Below, one piece after another: positions 56,338-64,000 of a DNA stretch of 64,000 nt. The position numbers were made by a program, and so were the translations under genes. The DNA is from Alphaproteobacteria bacterium. Its GTDB lineage: Bacteria > Pseudomonadota > Alphaproteobacteria > Rickettsiales > JABCZZ01. The DNA is taken from assembly GCA_035906055.1 (NCBI GenBank), contig JAMIFV010000016.1:2210-66209 (forward strand), in the 5' to 3' direction. Within the stretch, counting starts at the first letter, position 1, and the number at the start of each line of letters is the position of its first letter. Under the pieces are notes generated by a model that made no database searches, was not told the DNA's origin, and saw nothing but the letters and a program-made list of their open reading frames with translations.

Positions 56338-56772
56338 ATGCAAAACGAACCCAGGGCTAATGGTGATGCCTCAGTAACCGGCCTGCCAAAAGCGTCAGGC
56401 CATCAGATCGCCGATATGCGCAGCCTTAATGAAGGCATTTTGAAAGTGATAGGATTACTGAACCGGGATGCGCATGCGCCCGGCATCAGTCAGTATGAAA
56501 TGCTGCGCCGCCTTGTGCGTGACGACGGGCGGCTGAAAGAGCTGTATCACGGTGTGGTGAATCCCAGCAAAATCATACATGACGCAGTGCGGGTATTTGC
56601 AATGCAGGCCTCCTCCGGCGCAGAAGCTTCAGGCGGAAAAAGGCTGGATGATGTGTTGAAAGAGACCACGCCGCAAGACGTGTTTGATACGATCGTAAAG
56701 GACATCCTGCCCGCCGTAATCACTAATCATGTGCAGGGCTACATGACTGTTGGACGCGCCGCGCAACGTTAA
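56338..56772 (+). CDS. Hypothetical protein
   Basis: 144-aa ORF, no motif recognised. Confidence 0.35.
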   Translation: MQNEPRANGDASVTGLPKASGHQIADMRSLNEGILKVIGLLNRDAHAPGISQYEMLRRLVRDDGRLKELYHGVVNPSKIIHDAVRVFAMQASSGAEASGGKRLDDVLKETTPQDVFDTIVKDILPAVITNHVQGYMTVGRAAQR

Positions 56773-56773
56773 A

Positions 56774-57964
56774 TCAGCCTGTAAAGGACTGTAGCCCCGT
56801 TATGGCACGACCAAGTATCAGCGCATGGATGTCGTGCGTGCCCTCATAGGTGTTCACGCTTTCAAGGTTCATCACATGGCGGATGATATGGTATTCATCG
56901 GCGATGCCGTTGCCCCCGTGCATGTCACGCGCGATACGGGCGATGTCCAGTGCCTTGCCCGCCGAGTTGCGCTTGATGATGGAGATCATCTCCGGCGCGT
57001 AATTATTCTCGTCGATCAGGCGGCCAACGCGCAGGCAGGCCTGCAGGCCGAGCGTGATATCCACCAGCATATCGGCGAGTTTTTTCTGGATGAGCTGGTT
57101 GGCGGCAAGGGGCCTTCCGAACTGCTTGCGTTCCAGCACATAGGAACGTGCCGCCCCGTAGCAGAATTCCGCAGCGCCCAGCGCGCCCCAGCCAATGCCG
57201 TAACGCGCCTTGTTGAGGCAGGAGAACGGCCCCTTTAGGCCGGAAACGTTGAGCATATTGCCTGCGGGCACGAACACGTCGTCCAGCATGATGCCGCCGG
57301 TGGTGGAAGCGCGCAGCGACATCTTGCCTTCAATATGCGGCGTGGAGATGCCTTTCATGGAGCGCTCAAGGATAAACCCGCGTATCGTGCCGTCGGGAAT
57401 CTCCTTGTCGCCGTAAAGCTTGGCCCATACCACGAAGATGTCGGCGATAGGGGAGTTGGTGATCCACATCTTGCTGCCACTGAGTTTATAGCCGCCGTCC
57501 ACCTTCGCGGCGCGCGTCACCATGCTGCCGGGGTCGGAGCCGTGGTCAGGCTCGGTGAGGCCGAAGCAGCCGATGAGTTCCGCCGTGGCAAGGCGCGGCA
57601 GGTATTGCTGTTTTACCTCTTCGCTGCCGAACGTATGGATCGGGTGCATCACGAGGCTCGATTGCACCGAGAGCGCCGAGCGGTAGCCGCTATCCACCCA
57701 TTCCACTTCACGCGCGATGAGGCCGTAAGCCACATGGCTGGTGCCCGCGCAGCCATAGCCTTCGATAGTGGAGCCGAGCATGCCCATTTTACCCATTTCA
57801 CGCAGTATCTGCGGATCGAACTTCTCATGGCGGTTGGCTTCAATGATGCCGGGGAACAGCACATCACGCGCAAAGCGGCGCGCGGCGTCCTGCACCAGTT
57901 TTTCTTCTTCCGTCAGTTGCTCGTGGAGCAAAAGCGGGTCATCCCACAACAGAGCCTGTTTCAT
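56774..57964 (-). CDS. gcdH: Glutaryl-CoA dehydrogenase-type acyl-CoA dehydrogenase
   Basis: 396 aa. [13 protein letters not shown] and [18 protein letters not shown]. Confidence 0.85.
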   Translation of the reverse strand: MKQALLWDDPLLLHEQLTEEEKLVQDAARRFARDVLFPGIIEANRHEKFDPQILREMGKMGMLGSTIEGYGCAGTSHVAYGLIAREVEWVDSGYRSALSVQSSLVMHPIHTFGSEEVKQQYLPRLATAELIGCFGLTEPDHGSDPGSMVTRAAKVDGGYKLSGSKMWITNSPIADIFVVWAKLYGDKEIPDGTIRGFILERSMKGISTPHIEGKMSLRASTTGGIMLDDVFVPAGNMLNVSGLKGPFSCLNKARYGIGWGALGAAEFCYGAARSYVLERKQFGRPLAANQLIQKKLADMLVDITLGLQACLRVGRLIDENNYAPEMISIIKRNSAGKALDIARIARDMHGGNGIADEYHIIRHVMNLESVNTYEGTHDIHALILGRAITGLQSFTG

Positions 57965-58215
57965 AATACGATATTCACAATCGAACCACGGTCCCAGTAA
58001 AGACCGCGGGCAAGCGCGGCGAGCGCACGTTCCACCAGCGACTGCATGGCTTCCGGCGTAGGGATGACATTGCGCGCAGGCCTTGGCGGCGGCATCAGTT
58101 CTTCGCGGTCGAATTCCTTGCTGCCGTCTTTGTCGGCGGATTTTCCCGTCACCGGCTTGCGCACGGCAGGCTTTACACTTAAGCCGCCTAGTCCAGTAGA
58201 AATAAACTCAGCCAT
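57961..58215 (-). CDS. Hypothetical small protein translationally coupled to gcdH
   Basis: 84-aa ORF whose TGA overlaps the gcdH ATG (ATGA). No family recognised. Confidence 0.35.
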   Translation of the reverse strand: MAEFISTGLGGLSVKPAVRKPVTGKSADKDGSKEFDREELMPPPRPARNVIPTPEAMQSLVERALAALARGLYWDRGSIVNIVL

Positions 58216-58284
58216 ATATTCCTCGCCGTGATTATATACTTCCTACTTGTGAATGTATTTAAAAATTATTAACGTTAAGGCATC

Positions 58285-59085
58285 ATGAAAACAGGCACTA
58301 TCGTTATTCTCACCGGCGCAGGTATTTCGGCGGAGTCGGGTGTATCGACCTTCCGCGACAATAACGGCCTGTGGTGCAACCACCGCATTGAAGATGTGGC
58401 GACGCCGGAAGGATTCATGCGCAACCCTGCGCTGGTGCAGCAATTCTATAACCAGCGTCGCGCGCAGCTTGCTGAGGTAAAGCCCAACCTTGCGCATGAA
58501 GCACTGGCGGAACTGGCAGAGAAATGGCCGGGCAGGTTTTTGCTCATCACCCAGAATGTAGATGATCTGCATGACCGCGCATTATTAGGGCGCTGCATCA
58601 CCCCCTCACCCCAACCCTCTCCCCGCCGGGGAGAGGGAGGCGAGCAAAGCGAGCGGGCGAGGGGGCATTTCGAGCTTATCCATCTGCATGGTGAACTGGG
58701 CAAGGTGCGCTGCACCGATACAGGCTCCATTTTTGACTGGACGGGTGATGTTAAGGCGGAATCACAATGCGGTTGTTGCAATGAGATAGGCACGCTGCGC
58801 CCGCATATCGTGTGGTTCGGCGAGATGCCGCTGGAAATGCCAAAAATATACAATGCGCTGGCGCAGTGCGACCTGTTTATCTCCATCGGCACGTCGGGTA
58901 ATGTGTACCCGGCAGCAGGCTTCGTGCAGGAAGTGCGCCGCAACGGGCGCAATGCGCGCACGGTGGAGCTAAACCTTGAACCTTCGCAGGGTTATTCGCT
59001 GTTCGAGGAACGCATCTACGGCAAAGCCACCGAGATAGTGCCGGAGTTTGTAAGAGCGGTGCTTGCAAATGTATCACAATTGTGA
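58285..59085 (+). CDS. cobB: NAD-dependent protein deacylase (Sir2/CobB)
   Basis: [28 protein letters not shown], a Cys pair (CGCC) and [14 protein letters not shown]. Carries an in-frame repeat insertion. Confidence 0.9.
   Translation: MKTGTIVILTGAGISAESGVSTFRDNNGLWCNHRIEDVATPEGFMRNPALVQQFYNQRRAQLAEVKPNLAHEALAELAEKWPGRFLLITQNVDDLHDRALLGRCITPSPQPSPRRGEGGEQSERARGHFELIHLHGELGKVRCTDTGSIFDWTGDVKAESQCGCCNEIGTLRPHIVWFGEMPLEMPKIYNALAQCDLFISIGTSGNVYPAAGFVQEVRRNGRNARTVELNLEPSQGYSLFEERIYGKATEIVPEFVRAVLANVSQL
58583..58672. repeat. Palindromic element inserted in frame in cobB
   Basis: ccccctcaccccaaccctctccccgccggggagagggaggcgagcaaagcgagcgggcgaggggg. Encodes about [30 protein letters not shown] between [10 protein letters not shown] and ELIHLHGEL. 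Boundaries are approximate. Confidence 0.75.
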
Positions 59086-59097
59086 TACGTTAAGTTT

Positions 59098-59358
59098 ATG
59101 GAAAAAACACAAGTTATTCATGCGCGCATCGATCCTTCCCTCAAGCTTGCCTCGGAAGAGGTGTTTGCCGCGCTTGGCTTGACAATGGCGGACGCTATCC
59201 GCCTTTTCCTTAAGCAGGTGCAATTGCATGAGGGGCTGCCGTTTGACGTTAAAATTCCCAATGCGGCCAGCCGCAAGGCGCTAAAAGAGGCGCGAAGCAG
59301 AAAAACTGTTAACCGTTATAATGATTTTGCAGCATTGCGTAAGAAACTAAAGGTTTGA
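59098..59358 (+). CDS. RelB/DinJ-family antitoxin
   Basis: 86 aa. IHARIDPSLKLASEEVFAALGLTMADAIRLFLKQV...LPFDVKIPN. Confidence 0.8.
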   Translation: MEKTQVIHARIDPSLKLASEEVFAALGLTMADAIRLFLKQVQLHEGLPFDVKIPNAASRKALKEARSRKTVNRYNDFAALRKKLKV

Positions 59359-59627
59359 GTATGCAGGTGCGTTCAACGAAGCAGTTTGAACGTGACCTGA
59401 AGCGTGTATCGAAACGCCATAAAAATATAGATAAGCTGCATGTAGTGGTGGATATGCTGCAATCTGGCAGAATGCTGCCAGCACGCTACAGGCTGCATGC
59501 CTTGAAAGGTGAATGGGTGCCTGCGCTTGAATGCCATATCGAGCCTGATTGGTTGCTGGTATTTGAAGCGTACGATGAATACATCATGCTCCTGCGCACT
59601 GGCACGCATTCGGACTTATTCGGATAA
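59355..59627 (+). CDS. YafQ/RelE-family mRNA interferase toxin
   Basis: 90 aa. FERDLKR...HALKGEW...ECHIEPDWLLVF...LLRTGTHSDLF. The start overlaps the antitoxin stop. Confidence 0.8.
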   Translation: MSMQVRSTKQFERDLKRVSKRHKNIDKLHVVVDMLQSGRMLPARYRLHALKGEWVPALECHIEPDWLLVFEAYDEYIMLLRTGTHSDLFG

Positions 59628-59756
59628 TTTTATGAGCAGCAATATTCGTGTGCGGTCAGCCAGCTTTGACGATATGCCTCAATGTTAAAGATCGTGCGCA
59701 AAAATGGGCAGCACCACCCTAAACCAGCGAAGGCCGATCTGTGCGCGAGGTAGCGC

Positions 59757-60254
59757 TTACTTAAGCGCCTTAGCCGCTTCCAGCACTTCGGCGGCGTGGC
59801 CTTCCACTTTTACTTTCGGCCATGTCCTTGCAATTTTGCCGTCCTTGCCGATAAGGAAGGTTACACGGTCGATGCCCATGTATTTCTTGCCGTACATGCT
59901 CTTTTCCACCCATGTGCCATAAGCTTCGCACACGGCACCGTCCGTGTCAGATGCCAGCGTGAAGGGAAGGCAGAATTTTTCCACGAATTTGTCGTGGCTT
60001 TTCACATCGTCCTTGGAGAGGCCGATGATAACGGTATTGGCGTTTTTGAAATCGCCCATCAGGTCGCGGAAGTCCTTGGCTTCAATAGTGCAGCCGGGCG
60101 TGTCGTCCTTGGGATAAAAATACAGTACCACATTCTGGCCTTTGAGGGCGGAAAGGGTGACGCTGCCATTGCCCTGCGTGGGCAGGGTGAAATCCGGCGC
60201 GGTGGAACCTTCTGCGGGATGATTGGGCGTTTTAGCGGCTGGTGCGGTGCTCAT
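59757..60254 (-). CDS. bcp: Thiol peroxidase Bcp (peroxiredoxin)
   Basis: VVLYFYPKDDTPGCT. Confidence 0.9.
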   Translation of the reverse strand: MSTAPAAKTPNHPAEGSTAPDFTLPTQGNGSVTLSALKGQNVVLYFYPKDDTPGCTIEAKDFRDLMGDFKNANTVIIGLSKDDVKSHDKFVEKFCLPFTLASDTDGAVCEAYGTWVEKSMYGKKYMGIDRVTFLIGKDGKIARTWPKVKVEGHAAEVLEAAKALK

Positions 60255-60276
60255 GTGATTCTCCTTATGTATAAAC

Positions 60277-60336
60277 TGTCATTCCCCGAATTTTGTATAG
60301 CTAAATTATAGGGGAATCCACCTTGCTGCAAGGTGG
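60277..60336. repeat. TGTCATTCC-type palindromic repeat upstream of bcp
   Basis: tgtcattcccc...ggggaatcc followed by the ccacctt/gctgc/aaggtgg hairpin. Confidence 0.55.
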
Positions 60337-60398
60337 TTCGCCCTAGAATTGCTGGCGCAATTCAGGCGATGACGAAAGCATGCAAGACGATAACATGG

Positions 60399-61319
60399 TT
60401 AAATGCGCTTGCCAATCCATTCGATGACGGTCTTGGGCTTCAGGTCGGCAAGGCGCGTTTCCCGCAGTATGGTGACGTCCCTGCCGCGAGGCGCGCACAG
60501 TGCGGGATTGGAAAATTCTGAGAATAATATCAGTGAAGGGCAGCCAGCCGTGGCTATCAGATGCATGGGGCCGGTGTCGTTGCCGATGGCAAACGCGGCG
60601 CTGCGTGCCAGCGTCGTGATCTCGGCAAAGCCCGTTTTTCCCAGCAGGTTAATGGCGCCGGGACAGAGCGATTCAATGGTGGAAAGCACCGAGGCTTCCG
60701 CGTGCGTGCCCAGCAGCACGGGGGTATACCCTTTTTCACTTGCCCATTTGCACGCTTCGCCAAAATGGATGGCGGGCCAGCGCTTGCCGCAGCGATGCGC
60801 GGAACCGCCCGCCGCCACGAGGAAATAGTGTTCCGGCAGGTTGAAGGAAGAGATATCCGCCGTGAGCCAGTCTAGGCTTGGGGCAGGGGAGGTGGGGATG
60901 CCTGCGATCTCCAGCTGCTGCCGTTCACGATCCACCGTGTGCAGCGACGTGCGTTCCGGCGTGTTGTGACGGTGCGAACTGCCCGGCGCGATGCCCGACC
61001 ATTGCGGCGCTTTGTTACCCAGCAGGCGGAAATACCACGATGTGCGCTCCGAGGTCTGCAGGTCATAGATGCGCGAGAACCCGCCATTGCGGATGCGCGC
61101 CACAACGCCCAGGAAGGCGGGTATGTTGAACAGCTTCGGGCGGTTGTCGATCCAGACTTCGTTGAAATATACGCTGGAACCCAGCAGCCCGGCATAAGGT
61201 TTGGTTGTCATCAGCACGATATGGTCGTCAGGGTGATGTTTCCTGATCGCGGCAAATGACGCCGTCGCCTGTACGATGTCGCCGAGCGCGCCGTGCTTGA
61301 TAACGAGGATTCTATTCAT
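60399..61319 (-). CDS. Glycosyltransferase family 9 (heptosyltransferase-like)
   Basis: ILVIKHGALGDIV and GNDTGPMHLIATAGCP. Confidence 0.8.
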   Translation of the reverse strand: MNRILVIKHGALGDIVQATASFAAIRKHHPDDHIVLMTTKPYAGLLGSSVYFNEVWIDNRPKLFNIPAFLGVVARIRNGGFSRIYDLQTSERTSWYFRLLGNKAPQWSGIAPGSSHRHNTPERTSLHTVDRERQQLEIAGIPTSPAPSLDWLTADISSFNLPEHYFLVAAGGSAHRCGKRWPAIHFGEACKWASEKGYTPVLLGTHAEASVLSTIESLCPGAINLLGKTGFAEITTLARSAAFAIGNDTGPMHLIATAGCPSLILFSEFSNPALCAPRGRDVTILRETRLADLKPKTVIEWIGKRI

Positions 61320-62454
61320 ACTTGCTGTGTATCAGTTCCCAGTAGGTTTCCATGGTCTTGGCGCACATCACCTCTGCTGAGAAATGGCTGCGCACATGCT
61401 GCATCGCCTGAATGCCGATGCGGTTCTTTTCCAGGTTGCTGAGCGAAAGCGCATGGGTGATTATTTTGCTCAGTTCATCGCAATCACCGGGGCTGGCGAG
61501 CCAGCCCGTTTCACCGTCTATCACCGTTTCGCAGGCCCCGCCATGGCTGGTGGCTATGGCCAGCTTGCCCATGGCCTGCGCTTCCACCGGCACGCGGCCA
61601 AAGGCCTCGGGTTCGATGGAGGGGGAGACTACTATTTCCGCCAGCATATAGGCTTCCGGCATATGCACGGTGGGTGCCACCATGCGGATATTCTCGCCAA
61701 GCCCGCGGCGCATGATGTCCTGCTCCAGTTCGCGGTGATAGTCCTTGTGGCCCACATTGTCGCCAAGCATCAGGCAGAAGAAATTGCGATGCGGCACCTT
61801 GTCCAGCGCGTCGACCACCACATGGTGCCCTTTCCAGCGCGTGATGCGCCCGGGCATGAGGATAACGGGCAGATCGTCCGGCAAACGCCATTTGGTGGCC
61901 AGTTCCACCATGCGCTGCGGCAGCACGCGCACGGGGTCGAACACGTTGAGGTCAACACCGCGATGGATGGTGCGGATAATCGAGCTATCAAGCCTGTAAT
62001 TGGCAGTGATATGGTCGGCCACGAAGTTGGAAACGGCGATCACGCGCTCGCCTTTGGTCATCACCTCGTTATAACGCTTCTTCCAGTCATGTTTAAAATT
62101 ATAGACGCCGTGGAAGGTGGTGACGAAATGCGCGCCGGTATTCTTGGCGGCATAAAACGCGCTCCATGCCGGGGCGCGCGAGCGCGCATGGACGATATCC
62201 ACCTTGCGTTCACGGATAATTTTTTCCAATGCTTTGGAATTGCGCCACATGATCAGCGGGTTTTTAGTGGCCAGCGGCAGGTTGATATGTTCGCCGCCGA
62301 CGAAAGTAACGTTGGAGACCAGCGCGCCGCCTTCGGAGGCTACCAGCGGTTTCCAGCGGCTGCGTGCCAGCGCGCCGGTGACCTCCACCGTGCCGCGCTC
62401 AACGCCGCCGGAGCGCAGTGCGGGCAAAACCTGTAATACAACGGGCTGTTTCAT
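61312..62454 (-). CDS. Glycosyltransferase family 4 (group 1)
   Basis: EPEAFGRVPVEAQAMGKLAIATSHGGACETVIDGETGWL. Overlaps the downstream GT9 gene by 8 nt. Confidence 0.8.
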   Translation of the reverse strand: MKQPVVLQVLPALRSGGVERGTVEVTGALARSRWKPLVASEGGALVSNVTFVGGEHINLPLATKNPLIMWRNSKALEKIIRERKVDIVHARSRAPAWSAFYAAKNTGAHFVTTFHGVYNFKHDWKKRYNEVMTKGERVIAVSNFVADHITANYRLDSSIIRTIHRGVDLNVFDPVRVLPQRMVELATKWRLPDDLPVILMPGRITRWKGHHVVVDALDKVPHRNFFCLMLGDNVGHKDYHRELEQDIMRRGLGENIRMVAPTVHMPEAYMLAEIVVSPSIEPEAFGRVPVEAQAMGKLAIATSHGGACETVIDGETGWLASPGDCDELSKIITHALSLSNLEKNRIGIQAMQHVRSHFSAEVMCAKTMETYWELIHSKYE

Positions 62455-62528
62455 GTTCGTTATTGCTACGGAATCAGTTCGAGTGTTATGACAGTTTATA
62501 TCTGTAATCCAATCTTTTTTTGCGACCT

Positions 62529-63290
62529 ATGGAAAAGCCTTCGATTCTTAAGACCGCCGATGGCGGCAGCATCGCCTACCACCGGCTTGCCGGGGTATCT
62601 CCGGGGATAATTTTTCTCGGTGGCTTCCGTTCCGACATGACCGGGGTAAAGGCGACCGCGCTTGAAGGATTCTGCAAGGAGCGGGGGCAGGCGTTCATCC
62701 GGTTCGATTATCGCGGGCATGGCCAGTCCTCCGGTAAATTCGGGGATTGCACGCTCAGCACGTGGCTGGAAGACGCTTTGCTGGTGCTCACCAAGCTCGC
62801 CAAAGGGCCGCAGATAATAGTTGGCTCGTCCATGGGCGGGTGGCTTTCATTGTTGCTGGCGATACAGAAACCGCGCCGTATCGAAGGCATTATCGGCATA
62901 GCGGCAGCACCCGACTTCACCGAGCACCTCATCTGGGATAAGCTCACCGATAAGCAGAAGACGCAGTTAAAAGAGGATGGCAAGATTCTGGTGCCGTCCG
63001 ATTATGGTGATCCTTACCCCATTACCGCTGACCTGATATTGGATGGTCGCAATCATCTGATATTACATAGGGATATTCCCGTATATTGCCCCATACGTCT
63101 GCTGCACGGCATGAAAGACGACGACGTGCCGTGGGAGGTTTCGATGGCCGTAAACGAGAAGGTGGGCAGCAGCGACGTGAAAACCATCCTCATCGAAAAC
63201 GGCAATCACCGCCTGAGCGAGCCGGACGACATTAAAAAACTGCTGAGTGTTACGGCCAAGCTGCTGGGTTCTATTGAGCCGTCATCCTGA
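62529..63290 (+). CDS. Alpha/beta hydrolase
   Basis: FLGGFRSDM, GSSMGGW nucleophile elbow and LLHGMKDDDVPW. The ATG at 62529 lies within a track ORF that opens with TTG at 62520. The last codons and the stop come from a palindromic repeat. Confidence 0.75.
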   Translation: MEKPSILKTADGGSIAYHRLAGVSPGIIFLGGFRSDMTGVKATALEGFCKERGQAFIRFDYRGHGQSSGKFGDCTLSTWLEDALLVLTKLAKGPQIIVGSSMGGWLSLLLAIQKPRRIEGIIGIAAAPDFTEHLIWDKLTDKQKTQLKEDGKILVPSDYGDPYPITADLILDGRNHLILHRDIPVYCPIRLLHGMKDDDVPWEVSMAVNEKVGSSDVKTILIENGNHRLSEPDDIKKLLSVTAKLLGSIEPSS

Positions 63291-63366
63291 GCGCAACGAA
63301 GGATCCTCTTGCTTTGGTATAGATAGCAAGTAGATCCTTCGTCGCTATGCTCCTCAGGATGACGGT
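63280..63366. repeat. CCGTCATCCTGAGCG-type long palindromic element
   Basis: ccgtcatcctgagcgcaacgaaggatc ... gatccttcgtcgctatgctcctcaggatgacgg, a near-perfect long hairpin. Confidence 0.85.
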
Positions 63367-63402
63367 TCTGCCAAAAACGACCCCGTGACAAGTCTAGGCT
63401 AA

Positions 63403-63608
63403 GGACTCATTAAATTATTGCTTTCTTTTCCTCTCCCTTTGAGGGAGAGGACGCGTTTGCCTTGGGTTTAGCTTTAGCTAAGCCCTTAGGCAAACCGAGG
63501 TGAGGGGGCATTTACATTCACCCTCACCCAGCTTCGGCTAAGCTGCTGCGCTGCAAAGCCTGCGCAACCCTCTCCCGCTTTGCAGGAGAGGGGATTTATG
63601 AGTCCTGA
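63403..63608. repeat. Composite type B element: four consecutive hairpins bracketed by GGACTCAT/ATGAGTCC
   Basis: The four hairpins are cctctccctttgagggagagg, gtttgccttgg..cccttaggcaaac, ggtgagggggcatttacattcaccctcacc and ccctctcccgctttgcaggagagggg. Confidence 0.8.
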
Positions 63609-63857
63609 CCCTAGGGCTGACAAGAGAAGTTTATTTCTTCTACCCATCAACTGATTTTTCGGCAGCGGGCGTTGGTTGCAAGTCGTTATGGGATTTTACA
63701 TCGTTGCCGCCGGTGACAGGTTCCGCAAGCGCTTTGAAGTCTCTGACATAGAAATTTTTAATACCGCTCGCCGCTTAAGGTTTTGTGACGACGTTGTTCC
63801 TTGACTTATAGCTGAAATAGCTGTAACATATGTTATGTAATTAAATTAAGGAATAAC

Positions 63858-64000
63858 ATGCAGATAATGACATCTCTTGAAGCCCAGAATCATTTTGGCG
63901 AGATGATTGACTCTTCCCAGCGCGAACCTGTGCTCATTACGCGCAGGGGGCGGCCTGTATCCATAGTAATTTCTCCCTGCGGGGATGTAACCAAGGCGAT
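63858..64000 (+). CDS. Phd/YefM-family antitoxin (partial, runs off the window)
   Basis: Manual translation: MQIMTSLEAQNHFGEMIDSSQREPVLITRRGRPVSIVISP... Confidence 0.7.
   Translation, partial: MQIMTSLEAQNHFGEMIDSSQREPVLITRRGRPVSIVISPCGDVTKA

Noticed and set aside
58285-59627. A Sir2-domain protein next to a toxin-antitoxin pair, as a possible anti-phage defence island.
   Set aside because: The Sir2 protein has all the canonical CobB deacylase motifs and size, apart from the repeat insertion, and no fused effector or sensor domain. The RelB/YafQ module is an ordinary type II TA.
63403-63608. A CRISPR-like array suggested by the consecutive hairpins.
   Set aside because: The hairpins differ from one another and are not direct repeats separated by unique spacers. 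No cas genes are present.
63609-63857. A stop-free 45-codon stretch on the minus strand (…GIKNFYVRDFKALAEPVTGGNDVK…) as a decayed toxin gene upstream of the phd-like antitoxin.
   Set aside because: It has no start codon and no recognisable family motif, and its orientation is atypical for a phd partner. The evidence is insufficient.

Overview
This 64 kb chromosomal window looks alphaproteobacterial. That is an inference from an Irr-type Fur regulator, olsB-olsA ornithine-lipid genes, a short HprK with EIIA-Man and NPr, a FYDLN-acid zinc-ribbon protein, cpa/tad gene order and TTAA-N7-TTAA boxes. All family calls rest on motifs I recognise in the supplied translations; no search or alignment was run.

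About 65 CDS can be supported:
- A Flp/Tad pilus locus (cpaB-C-D-E-F-tadB-tadC plus a convergent TadD-like TPR lipoprotein) with an EAL protein upstream.
- An aroA-cmk fusion, an AsmA-family giant, and glmS.
- A visibly more AT-rich block: OlsB-like N-acyltransferase, membrane desaturase, TonB-dependent receptor, YfiR-like protein and histidine kinase.
- irr-olsB-olsA, polA, hemB, and cheY-cheZ with a 1092-aa secreted repeat protein.
- iscX-tsaE-amgK-murU, metZ, queE/queC, hprK-rapZ-EIIA-NPr, acs, gcdH, cobB, two type II toxin-antitoxin modules and LPS-type glycosyltransferases.

I recognised no rRNA, tRNA, CRISPR array, integrase or transposase.

The most unusual content is non-genic. Several families of short palindromic, MITE-like repeats are present. 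Some are inserted in frame inside polA (twice) and cobB, one donates a stop codon to a hydrolase gene, and one is split around a truncated GIY-YIG nuclease gene.

Other leads:
- A degenerate GGDEF/EAL-like gene translationally coupled to a PilD-like prepilin peptidase with an atypical second active-site motif.
- An orphan terminator that implies a small RNA.
- A candidate aminolipid or signal module.

I cannot point to one clearly novel multi-gene system with confidence; the findings are ranked hypotheses.
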